Source of the DNA: Yuukianura sp. NJ FZ-2021
Taxonomy: Eukaryota
Assembly (NCBI GenBank): GCA_046563655.1
Contig: JAJCTO010000010.1
Coordinates: 124,001-188,000, forward strand
Reading direction: 5' to 3'
Length of the DNA: 64,000 bases
A model generated the notes under the pieces. That model had not been told where the DNA came from, made no database searches, and saw only the letters and a list, made by a program, of their open reading frames with translations. This document shows, piece after piece, positions 51,801 through 64,000 of this stretch. Numbering within the stretch: the first letter of the stretch is position 1; each line of letters opens with the position of its first letter. A program made the translations under genes and the position numbers.

Positions 51801-54800
51801 AGTTGTGAACCCAAAAACTTATGTATCATGGGGCTTTCGCCTGCCTGAATTGCGATATATTGTAAGTGCCACATTGCAGCATTCAAACGTTATCCCTGAA
51901 ACCGTTTGGTGTTGTGTATTTGACAGGTCTTTAAAAACATTTGTGGTACTTCGAATGCGAATCAATGCGTCGATTTTCCGGCAGTTACAGTCTTTTGTAA
52001 GAAGCAACGTCATGCTATGTAATCAGTGAAATATGGCAAATTTCCAACACAAACTAGAACTCGTGTTTTTTTAATCGCAGTTGTGAACCCAAAAACTTAT
52101 GTATCATGGGGCTCTCGCCTGCCTGAATTGCGATATATTGTAAGTGCCACATTGCAGCATTCAAACGTTATCCCTGAAACCGTTTGGTGTTGTGTATTTG
52201 GCAGGTCTTTAAAAACATTTGTGGTACTTCGAAAGCGAATCAATACGTCGATTTTCCGGCAGTTACAGTCTTATGAAAGAAGCAACGTCATGCTGTGTAA
52301 TCAGTGAAATATGGCAAATTTCCAACACAAACTAGAACTCGTGTTTTTTTAATCGCAGTTGTGAACAAAAAAACTTATGAATCGTGGGGCTCTCGCCTGC
52401 CTGAATTGCGATATATTGTAAGTGCCACATTGCAGCATTCAAACGTTATCCCTGAAACCGTTTGGTGTTGTGTATTTGGCAGGTCTTTAAAAGCATTTGT
52501 GGTACTTCGAAAGCGAATCAATGCGTCGATTTTCCGGCAGTTACAGTCTTATGTAAGAAGCAACGTCATGCTATGTAATCAGTGAAATATGGCAAATTTC
52601 CAACACAAACTAGAACTCGTGTTTTTTATATCGAAGTTGTGAACCCAAAAACTTATGAATCATGGGGCTCTCGCCTGCCTGAATTGCGATATATTGTAAG
52701 TGCCACATTGCAGCATTCAAACGTTATCCCTGAAACCGTTTGGTGTTGTGTATTTGGCAGGTCTTTAACAACATTTGTGGTACTTCAAAGTGAATCAATG
52801 CGTCGATTTTCCGGCAGTTACAGTCTTTTGTAAGAAGCAACGTCATGCTATGTAATCAGTGAAATATGGCAAATTTCCAACACAAACTAGAACTCGTGTT
52901 TTTTTAATCGCAGTTGTGAACCCAAAAACTTATGTATCATGGGGCTCTCGCCTGCCTGAATTGCGATATATTGTAAGTGCCACATTGCAGCATTCAAACG
53001 TTATCCCTGAAACCGTTTGGTGTTGTGTATTTGGCAGGTCTTTAACAACATTTGTGGTACTTCAAAGTGAATCAATGCGTCGATTTTCGTGCTGTTTCAG
53101 TCTTTTGTAAGAAGCAACGTCATGTCATGTAATCAGTGAAATATTGCAAATTTCCAACACAAGCTGGAACTCGTGTTTTTTTAAGCGCAGTTGTGAACCC
53201 AAAAACTTATGTATCATGGGGCTCTCGCCTGCCTGAATTGCAATATATTGTAAGTGCCACATTGCAGCATTCAAACGTTATCCCTGAAACCGTTTGGTGT
53301 TGTGTATTTGGCAGGTCTTTAAAAGCATTTGTGGTACTTCGAAAGCGAATCAATGCGTCGATTTTCCGGCAGTTACAGTCTTATGTAAGAAGCAACGTCA
53401 TGCTATGTAATCAGTGAAATATGGCAAATTTCCAACACAAACTAGAACTCGTGTTTTTTCAATCGCAGTTGTGAACCCAAAAACTTATGTATCATGGGGC
53501 TCTCGCCTGCCTGAATTGCGATATATTGTAAGTGCCATATTGCAGCATTCAAGCGTTATCCCTGAAACCGTTTGGTGCTGTGTATATGGCAGGTCTTTAA
53601 AAACATTTGTGGTACTTCAAAGTGAATCAATGCGTCGATTTTCGTGCTGTTTCAGTCTTATGTAAGACGCAACGCCATGCTATGTAATCAGTGAAATATG
53701 GCAAATTTCCAACACAAACTAGAACTCGTGTTTTTTTAATCGCAGTTGTGAACCCAAAAACTTATGTATCATGGGGCTCTCGCCTGCCTGAATTGCGATA
53801 TATTGTAAGTGCCACATTGCAGCATTCAAACGTTATCCCTGAAACCGTTTGGTGTTGTGTATTTGGCAGGTCTTTAAAAACATTTGTGGTACTTCGAAGT
53901 GAATCAATGCGTCGATTTTCCGGCAGTTACAGTCTTTTGTAAGAAGCAACGTCATGCTATGTAATCAGTGAAATATGGCAAATTTCCAACACAAACTAGA
54001 ACTCGTGTTTTTTAATCGCAGTTGTGAACCCAAAAACTTATGTATCATGGGGCTCTCGCCTGCCTGAATTGCGATATATTGTAAGTGCCACATTGCAGCA
54101 TTCAAACGTTCCCTGAAACCGTTTGGTGTTGTGTATTTGGCAGGTCTTTTAAAGCATTTGTGGTACTTCGAAAGTGAATCAATGCGTCGATTTTCGTGCT
54201 GTTTCAGTCTTTTGTAAGAAGCAACGTCATGTCATGTAATCAGTGAAATATTGCAAATTTCCAACACAAGCTGGAACTCGTGTTTTTTTAATCGCAGTTG
54301 TGAACCCAAAAACTTATGTATCATGGGGCTCTCGCCTGCCTGAATTGCGATATATTGTAAGTGCCACATTGCAGCATTCAAACGTTATCCCTGAAACCGT
54401 TTGGTGTTGTGTATTTGGCAGGTCTTTAAAAGCATTTGTGGTACTTCGAAAGCGAATCAATGCGTCGATTTTCCGGCAGTTACAGTCTTATGTAAGAAGC
54501 AACGTCATGCTGTGTAATCAGTGAAATATGGCAAATTTCCAACACAAACTAGAACTCGTGTTTTTTTAATCGCAGTTGTGAACCCAAAAACTTATGTATC
54601 ATGGGGCTTTCGCCTGCCTGAATTGCGATATATTGTAAGTGCCACATTGCAGCATTCAAAACGTTATCCCTGACACCGTTTTGGTGTTGTGTATTTGACA
54701 GGTCTTTAAAAACATTTGTGGTACTTCGAATGCGAATCAATGCGTCGATTTTCCGGCAGTTACAGTCTTTTGTAAGAAGCAACGTCATGCTATGTAATCA

Positions 54801-57800
54801 GTGAAATATGGCAAATTTCCAACACAAACTAGAACTCGTGTTTTTTTAATCGCAGTTGTGAACCCAAAAACTTATGTATCATGGGGCTCTCGCCTGCCTG
54901 AATTGCGATATATTGTAAGTGCCACATTGCAGCATTCAAACGTTATCCCTGAAACCGTTTGGTGTTGTGTATTTGACAGGTCTTTAAAAACATTTGTGGT
55001 ACTTCGAATGCGAATCAATGCGTCGATTTTCCGGCAGTTACAGTCTTTTGTAAGAAGCAACGTCATGCTATGTAATCAGTGAAATATGGCAAATTTCCAA
55101 CACAAACTAGAACTCGTGTTTTTTTAATCGCAGTTGTGAACCCAAAAACTTATGTATCATGGGGCTCTCGCCTGCCTGAATTGCGATATATTGTAAGTGC
55201 CACATTGCAGCATTCAAACGTTATCCCTGAAACCGCTTGGTGTTGTGTATTTGGCAGGTCTTTAAAAGCATTTGTGGTACTTCGAAAGCGAATCAATGCG
55301 TCAATTTTCCGGCAGTTACAGTCTTATGTAAGAAGCAGCATCATGCTATGTAATCAGTGAAATATTGCAAATTTCCAACACAAGCTGGAACTCGTGTTTT
55401 TTTAAGCGCAGTTGTGAACCCAAAAACTTATGTATCATGGGGCTCTCGCCTGCCTGAATTGCAATATATTGTAAGTGCCACATTGCGGCATTCAAACGTT
55501 ATCCCTGAAACCGTTTGGTGTTGTGTATTTGGCAGGTCTTTAAAAGCATTTGTGGTACTTCGAAAGCGAATCAATGCGTCGATTTTCCGGCAGTTACAGT
55601 CTTATGTAAGAAGCAACGTCATGCTATGTAATCAGTGAAATATGGCAAATTTCCAACACAAACTAGAACTCGTGTTTTTTTAATCGCAGTTGTGAACCCA
55701 AAAACTTATGAATCGTGGGGCTCTCGCCTGCCTGAATTGCGATATATTGTAAGTGCCACATTGCAGCATTCAAACGTTATCCCTGAAACCGTTTGGTGTT
55801 GTGTATTTGGCAGGTCTTTAACAACATTTGTGGTACTTCAAAGTGAATCAATGCGTCGATTTTCGTGCTGTTTCAGTCTTTTGTAAGAAGCAACGTCATG
55901 CTATGTAATCAGTGAAATATGGCAAATTTCCAACACAAACTAGAACTCGTGTTTTTTTAATCGCAGTTGTGAACCCAAAAACTTATGTATCATGGGGCTC
56001 TCGCCTGCCTGAATTGCGATATATTGTAAGTGCCACATTGCAGCATTCAAACGTTATCCCTGAAACCGTTTGGTGTTGTGTATTTGGCAGGTCTTTAAAA
56101 GCATTTGTGGTACTTCGAAAGCGAATCAATGCGTCGATTTTCCGGCAGTTACAGTCTTATGTAAGAAGCAACGTCATGCTATGTAATCAGTGAAATATGG
56201 CAAATTTCCAACACAAACTAGAACTCGTGTTTTTTCTATCGCAGTTGTGAACCCAAAAACTTATGTATCATGGGGCTCTCGCCTGCCTGAATTGCGATAT
56301 ATTGTAAGTGCCACATTGCAGCATTCAAACGTTATCCCTGAAACCGTTTGGTGTTGTGTATTTGGCAGGTCTTTAACAACATTTGTGGTACTTCAAAGTG
56401 AATCAATGCGTCGATTTTCGTGCTGTTTCAGTCTTTTGTAAGAAGCAACGTCATGCTATGTAATCAGTGAAATATGGCAAATTTCCAACACAAACTAGAA
56501 CTCGTGTTTTTTTAATCGCAGTTGTGAACCCAAAAACTTATGTATCATGGGGCTCTCGCCTGCCTGAATTGCGATATATTGTAAGTGCCACATTGCAGCA
56601 TTCAAACGTTATCCCTGAAACCGTTTGGTGTTGTGTATTTGGCAGGTCTTTAAAAGCATTTGTGGTACTTCGAAAGCGAATCAATGCGTCGATTTTCCGG
56701 CAGTTACAGTCTTATGTAAGAAGCAGCATCATGCTATGTAATCAGTGAAATATTGCAAATTTCCAACACAAGCTAGAACTCGTGGTTTTTTAATCGCAGT
56801 TGTGAACCCAAAAACTTATGTATCATGGGGCTCTCGCCTGCCTGAATTGCGATATATTGTAAGTGCCACATTGCAGCATTCAAACGTTATCCCTGAAACC
56901 GTTTGGTGTTGTGTATTTGGCAGGTCTTTAAAAGCATTTGTGGTACTTCGAAAGCGAATCAATGCGTCGATTTTCCGGCAGTTACAGTCTTATGTAAGAA
57001 GCAACGTCATGCTATGTAATCAGTGAAATATGGCAAATTTCCAACACAAACTAGAACTCGTGTTTTTTTAATCGCAGTTGTGAACAAAAAAACTTATGAA
57101 TCGTGGGGCTCTCGCCTGCCTGAATTGCGATATATTGTAGGTGCCACATTGCAGCATTCAAAACGTTATCCCTGACACCGTTTTGTGTTGTGTATTTGAC
57201 AGGTCTTTAAAAACATTTGTGGTACTTCGAATGCGAATCAATGCGTCGATTTTCCGGCAGTTACAGTCTTTTGTAAGAAGCAACGTCATGCTATGTAATC
57301 AGTGAAATATGGCAAATTTCCAACACAAACTAGAACTCGTGTTTTTTTAATCGCAGTTGTGAACCCAAAAACTTATGAATCGTGGGGCTCTCGCCTGCCT
57401 GAATTGCGATATATTGTAAGTGCCACATTGCAGCATTCAAACGTTATCCCTGAAACCGTTTGGTGTTGTGTATTTGGCAGGTCTTTAAAAGCATTTGTGG
57501 TACTTCGAAAGCGAATCAATGCGTCGATTTTCCGGCAGTTACAGTCTTATGTAAGAAGCAACGTCATGCTATGTAATCAGTGAAATATGGCAAATTTCCA
57601 ACACAAACTAGAACTCGTGTTTTTTTAATCGCAGTTGTGAACCCAAAAACTTATGTATCATGGGGCTCTCGCCTGCCTGAATTGCGATATATTGTAAGTG
57701 CCACATTGCAGCATTCAAACGTTATCCCTGAAACCGTTTGGTGTTGTGTATTTGACAGGTCTTTAAAAACATTTGTGGTACTTCGAATGCGAATCAATGC

Positions 57801-60800
57801 GTCGATTTTCCGGCAGTTACAGTCTTTTGTAAGAAGCAACGTCATGCTATGTAATCAGTGAAATATGGCAAATTTCCAACACAAACTAGAACTCGTGTTT
57901 TTTTAATCGCAGTTGTGAACCCAAAAACTTATGTATCATGGGGCTCTCGCCTGCCTGAATTGCGATATATTGTAAGTGCCACATTGCAGCATTCAAACGT
58001 TATCCCTGAAACCGTTTGGTGTTGTGTATTTGGCAGGTCTTTAAAAGCATTTGTGGTACTTCGAAAGCGAATCAATGCGTCGATTTTCCGGCAGTTACAG
58101 TCTTATGTAAGAAGCAGCATCATGCTATGTAATCAGTGAAATATTGCAAATTTCCAACACAAGCTGGAACTCGTGTTTTTTTAATCGCAGTTGTGAACCC
58201 AAAAACTTATGTATCATGGGGCTCTCGCCTGCCTGAATTGCGATATATTGTAAGTGCCACATTGCAGCATTCAAACGTTATCCCTGAAACCGTTTGGTGT
58301 TGTGTATTTGACAGGTCTTTAAAAACATTTGTGGTACTTCGAATGCGAATCAATGCGTCGATTTTCCGGCAGTTACAGTCTTTTGTAAGAAGCAACGTCA
58401 TGCTATGTAATCAGTGAAATATGGCAAATTTCCAACACAAACTAGAACTCGTGTTTTTTTAATCGCAGTTGTGAACCCAAAAACTTATGTATCATGGGGC
58501 TCTCGCCTGCCTGAATTGCGATATATTGTAAGTGCCACATTGCAGCATTCAAACGTTATCCCTGAAACCGCTTGGTGTTGTGTATTTGGCAGGTCTTTAA
58601 AAGCATTTGTGGTACTTCGAAAGCGAATCAATGCGTCGATTTTCCGGCAGTTACAGTCTTATGTAAGAAGCAGCATCATGCTATGTAATCAGTGAAATAT
58701 GGCAAATTTCCAACACAAACTAGAACTCGTGTTTTTTAATCGCAGTTGTGAACCCAAAAACTTATGTATCATGGGGCTCTCGCCTGCCTGAATTGCAATA
58801 TATTGTAAGTGCCACATTGCGGCATTCAAACGTTATCCCTGAAAGCGTTTGGTGTTGTGTATTTTTCAGGTCTTTAAAAGCATTTGTGGTACTTCGAAAG
58901 CGAATCAATGCGTCGATTTTCCGGCAGTTACAGTCTTATGTAAGAAGCAGCGTCATGCTATGTAATCAGTGAAATATGGCAAATTTCCAACACAAACTAG
59001 AACTCGTGTTTTTTCTATCGCAGTTGTGAACCCAAAAACTTATGTATCATGGGGCTCTCGCCTGCCTGAATTGCGATATATTGTAAGTGCCACATTGCAG
59101 CATTCAAACGTTATCCCTGAAACCGTTTGGTGTTGTGTATTTGGCAGGTCTTTAACAACATTTGTGGTACTTCAAAGTGAATCAATGCGTCGATTTTCGT
59201 GCTGTTTCAGTCTTTTGTAAGAAGCAACGTCATGTCATGTAATCAGTGAAATATTGCAAATTTCCAACACAAGCTGGAACTCGTGTTTTTTTAATCGCAG
59301 TTGTGAACAAAAAAACTTATGAATCGTGGGGCTCTCGCCTGCCTGAATTGCGATATATTGTAAGTGCCACATTGCAGCATTCAAACGTTATCCCTGAAAC
59401 CGTTTGGTGTTGTGTATTTGGCAGGTCTTTAACAACATTTGTGGTACTTCAAAGTGAATCAATGCGTCGATTTTCGTGCTGTTTCAGTCTTTTGTAAGAA
59501 GCAACGTCATGTCATGTAATCAGTCAAATATTGCAAATTTCCAACACAAACTAGAACTCGTGTTTTTTTAATCGCAGTTGTGAACCCAAAAACTTATGTA
59601 TCATGGGGCTCTCGCCTGCCTGAATTGCGATATATTGTAAGTGCCACATTGCAGCATTCAAAACGTTATCCCTGACACCGTTTTGGTGTTGTGTATTTGA
59701 CAGGTCTTTAAAAACATTTGTGGTACTTCGAATGCGAATCAATGCGTCGATTTTCCGGCAGTTACAGTCTTTTGTAAGAAGCAACGTCATGCTATGTAAT
59801 CAGTGAAATATGGCAAATTTCCAACACAAACTAGAACTCGTGTTTTTTTAATCGCAGTTGTGAACCCAAAAACTTATGTATCATGGGGCTCTCGCCTGCC
59901 TGAATTGCGATATATTGTAAGTGCCACATTGCAGCATTCAAACGTTATCCCTGAAACCGCTTGGTGTTGTGTATTTGGCAGGTCTTTAAAAGCATTTGTG
60001 GTACTTCGAAAGCGAATCAATGCGTCAATTTTCCGGCAGTTACAGTCTTATGTAAGAAGCAGCATCATGCTATGTAATCAGTGAAATATGGCAAATTGCC
60101 AACACAAACTAGAACTCGTGTTTTTTTAATCGCAGTTGTGAACCCAAAAACTTATCTATCATGGGGCTCTCGCCTGCCTGAATTGCGATATATTGTAAGT
60201 GCTACATTGCAGCATTCAAAACGTTATCCCTGACACCGTTTTGTGTTGTGTATTTGACAGGTCTTTAAAAACATTTGTGGTACTTCGAATGCGAATCAAT
60301 GCGTCGATTTTCCGGCAGTTACAGTCTTTTGTAAGAAGCAACGTCATGCTATGTAATCAGTGAAATATGGCAAATTTCCAACACAAACTAGAACTCGTGT
60401 TTTTTTAATCGCAGTTGTGAACCCAAAAACTTATGTATCATGGGGCTCTCGCCTGCCTGAATTGCGATATATTGTAAGTGCCACATTGCAGCATTCAAAC
60501 GTTATCCCTGAAACCGTTTGGTGTTGTGTATTTGGCAGGTCTTTAAAAGCATTTGTGGTACTTCGAAAGCGAATCAATGCGTCGATTTTCCGGCAGTTAC
60601 AGTCTTATGTAAGAAGCAACGTCATGCTATGTAATCAGTGAAATATGGCAAATTTCCAACACAAACTAGAACTCGTGTTTTTTTAATCGCAGTTGTGAAC
60701 CCAAAAACTTATGTACCATGGGGCTTTCGCCTGCCTGAATTGCGATATATTGTAAGTGCCACATTGCAGCATTCAAAACGTTATCCCTGACACCGTTTTG

Positions 60801-63800
60801 TGTTATGTATTTGACAGGTCTTTAAAAACATTTGTGGTACTTCGAATGCGAATCAATGCGTCGATTTTCCGGCAGTTACAGTCTTTTGTAAGAAGCAACG
60901 TCATGCTATGTAATCAGTGAAATATGGCAAATTTCCAACACAAACTAGAACTCGTGTTTTTTTAATCGCAGTTGTGAACCCAAAAACTTATGTATCATGG
61001 GGCTCTCGCCTGCCTGAATTGCAATATATTGTAAGTGCCACATTGCAGCATTCAAACGTTATCCCTGAAACCGTTTGGTGTTGTGTATTTGACAGGACTT
61101 TAAAAACATTTGTGGTACTTCGAAAGCGAATCAATACGTCGATTTTCCGGCAGTTACAGTCTTATGAAAGAAGCAACGTCATGCTGTGTAATCAGTGAAA
61201 TATGGCAAATTTCCAACACAAACTAGAACTCGTGTTTTTTTAATCGCAGTTGTGAACCCAAAAACTTATGTATCATGGGGCTCTCGCCTGCCTGAATTGC
61301 AATATATTGTAAGTGCCACATTGCGGCATTCAAACGTTATCCCTGAAACCGTTTGGTGTTGTGTATTTGGCAGGTCTTTAAAAGCATTTGTGGTACTTCG
61401 AATGCGAATCAATGCGTCGATTTTCCGGCAGTTACAGTCTTTTGTAAGAAGCAACGTCATGCTATGTAATCAGTGAAATATGGCAAATTTCCAACACAAA
61501 CTAGAACTCGTGTTTTTTTAATCGCAGTTGTGAACCCAAAAACTTATGTATCATGGGGCTCTCGCCTGCCTGAATTGCGATATATTGTAAGTGCCACATT
61601 GCAGCATTCAAACGTTATCCCTGAAACCGTTTGGTGTTGTGTATTTGGCAGGTCTTTAAAAGCATTTGTGGTACTTCGAAAGCGAATCAATGCGTCGATT
61701 TTCCGGCAGTTACAGTCTTATGTAAGAAGCAACGTCATGCTGTGTAATCAGTGAAATATGGCAAATTTCCAACACAAACTAGAACTCGTGTTTTTTTAAT
61801 CGCAGTTGTGAACCCAAAAACTTATGAATCGTGGGGCTCTCGCCTGCCTGAATTGCGATATATTGTAGGTGCCACATTGCAGCATTCAAAACGTTATCCC
61901 TGACACCGTTTTGTGTTGTGTATTTGACAGGTCTTTAAAAACATTTGTGGTACTTCGAATGCGAATCAATGCGTCGATTTTCCGGCAGTTACAGTCTTTT
62001 GTAAGAAGCAACGTCATGCTATGTAATCAGTGAAATATGGCAAATTTCCAACACAAACTAGAACTCGTGTTTTTTTAATCGCAGTTGTGAACCCAAAAAC
62101 TTATGTATCATGGGGCTCTCGCCTGCCTGAATTGCGATATATTGTAAGTGCCACATTGCAGCATTCAAACGTTATCCCTGAAACCGTTTGGTGTTGTGTA
62201 TTTGACAGGTCTTTAAAAACATTTGTGGTACTTCGAATGCGAATCAATGCGTCGATTTTCCGGCAGTTACAGTCTTTTGTAAGAAGCAACGTCATGCTAT
62301 GTAATCAGTGAAATATGGCAAATTTCCAACACAAACTAGAACTCGTGTTTTTTTAATCGCAGTTGTGAACCCAAAAACTTATGTATCATGGGGCTCTCGC
62401 CTGCCTGAATTGCGATATATTGTAAGTGCCACATTGCAGCATTCAAACGTTATCCCTGAAACCGTTTGGTGTTGTGTATTTGGCAGGTCTTTAACAACAT
62501 TTGTGGTACTTCAAAGTGAATCAATGCGTCGATTTTCGTGCTGTTTCAGTCTTTTGTAAGAAGCAACGTCATGTCATGTAATCAGTGAAATATGGCAAAT
62601 TTCCAACACAAGCTGGAACTCGTGTTTTTTTAATCGCAGTTGTGAACAAAAAAACTTATGAATCGTGGGGCTCTCGCCTGCCTGAATTGCGATATATTGT
62701 AAGTGCCACATTGCAGCATTCAAACGTTATCCCTGAAACCGTTTGGTGTTGTGTATTTGACAGGTCTTTAAAAACATTTGTGGTACTTCGAATGCGAATC
62801 AATGCGTCGATTTTCCGGCAGTTACAGTCTTTTGTAAGAAGCAACGTCATGCTATGTAATCAGTGAAATATGGCAAATTTCCAACACAAACTAGAACTCG
62901 TGTTTTTTAATCGCAGTTGTGAACCCAAAAACTTATGTATCATGGGGCTCTCGCCTGCCTGAATTGCGATATATTGTAAGTGCCACATTGCAGCATTCAA
63001 ACGTTATCCCTGAAACCGTTTGGTGTTGTGTATTTGGCAGGTCTTTAAAAGCATTTGTGGTACTTCGAAAGCGAATCAATGCGTCAATTTTCCGGCAGTT
63101 ACAGTCTTATGTAAGAAGCAGCATCATGCTATGTAATCAGTGAAATATGGCAAATTGCCAACACAAACTAGAACTCGTGTTTTTTTAATCGCAGTTGTGA
63201 ACCCAAAAACTTATCTATCATGGGGCTCTCGCCTGCCTGAATTGCGATATATTGTAAGTGCTACATTGCAGCATTCAAAACGTTATCCCTGACACCGTTT
63301 TGTGTTGTGTATTTGACAGGTCTTTAAAAACATTTGTGGCACTTCGAATGCGAATCAATGCGTCGATTTTCCGGCAGTTACAGTCTTTTGTAAGAAGCAA
63401 CGTCATGCTATGTAATCAGTGAAATATGGCAAATTTCCAACACAAACTAGAACTCGTGTTTTTTTGATTGCAGTTGTGAACCCAAAAACTTATATATCAT
63501 TGGGCTCTCGCCTGCCTGGATTGCGATATATTGTAAGTGCCCTAATGCAGCATTCAAAACGTTATCCGTGAAACCGTTTGGTGTTGTGTATTTTGCAGGT
63601 CTTTAAAAGCATTTGTGGTACTTCAAAGTGAATCAATGCGTCGATTTTCGTGCTGTTTCAGTCTTTTGTAAGAAGCAACGTCATGTCATGTAATCAGTGA
63701 AATATGGCAAATTTCCAACACAAACTAGAACTCGTGTTTTTTTAATCGCAGTTGTGAACCCAAAAACTTATGAATCGTGGGGCTCTCGCCTGCCTGAATT

Positions 63801-64000
63801 GCGATATATTGTAAGTGCCACATTGCAGCATTCAAACGTTATCCCTGAAACCGCTTGGTGTTGTGTATTTGGCAGGTCTTTAAAAGCATTTGTGGTACTT
63901 CGAAAGCGAATCAATGCGTCAATTTTCCGGCAGTTACAGTCTTATGTAAGAAGCAGCATCATGCTATGTAATCAGTGAAATATGGCAAATTGCCAACACA

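Larger units (their letters stand above)
29515..64000. repeat. Satellite DNA array 2: ~124 tandem head-to-tail copies of a ~278-bp monomer; runs off the window end
   Basis: The motif tgtaatcagtgaaatatggcaaatttccaacacaaactagaactcgtg recurs about every 276-280 bp. ORF-track starts step by 277-278 bp (e.g. 49804, 50082, 50360; 57302, 57580, 57858, 58136, 58414). All copies are in one orientation. The monomer at 45639-45916 has 110/278 G+C. Confidence 0.99.

Noticed and set aside
29826..63978. About 100 ORFs of 60-102 aa on both strands, as a tandem gene family
   Set aside because: They are translations of the same satellite monomer, with no intergenic space, mostly GTG/TTG starts on the + strand, frequent frameshifts and no recognisable domain.
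29515..64000. Satellite-encoded hammerhead ribozyme, as known from newt, schistosome and cave-cricket satellites
   Set aside because: I found no CTGANGA core on either strand of either monomer; only ctgaatt, ctgaaac and minus-strand ctgatta. An Infernal/Rfam scan would be the definitive test.
1..64000. Common ancestry of the two satellites from shared words (ggcaaatt, ttttccgg, gtgaaat, ttcgaat)
   Set aside because: The matches are only 7-8 bp, are not colinear and cannot be extended by eye. They are compatible with chance in AT-rich DNA, pending a formal alignment test.

Overview
This window holds no credible genes. It consists of two different tandem satellite-DNA arrays separated by a 100-N assembly gap, which looks like eukaryotic heterochromatin, possibly (peri)centromeric. 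Array 1 (1-29414) has about 184 head-to-tail copies of a 159/160-bp monomer (about 37% GC in the first copy). It has two main interspersed sequence types and several short inverted repeats whose arms rarely vary. Array 2 (29515-64000) has about 124 head-to-tail copies of a ~278-bp monomer (about 40% GC). That monomer appears to be an old diverged dimer (~148+130 bp) in which a ~21-bp segment at the equivalent position of the two halves is reverse-complemented. Both arrays show regional variant domains and repeated rare monomers. Array 2 has one disrupted patch (37611-38420). Nearly all ORFs in the track are translations of the 278-bp monomer, are often frameshifted, and are not called as CDS. 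I found no CRISPR, rRNA, tRNA, transposase or ribozyme. The species and satellite families cannot be named from sequence alone, and all counts were made by eye.
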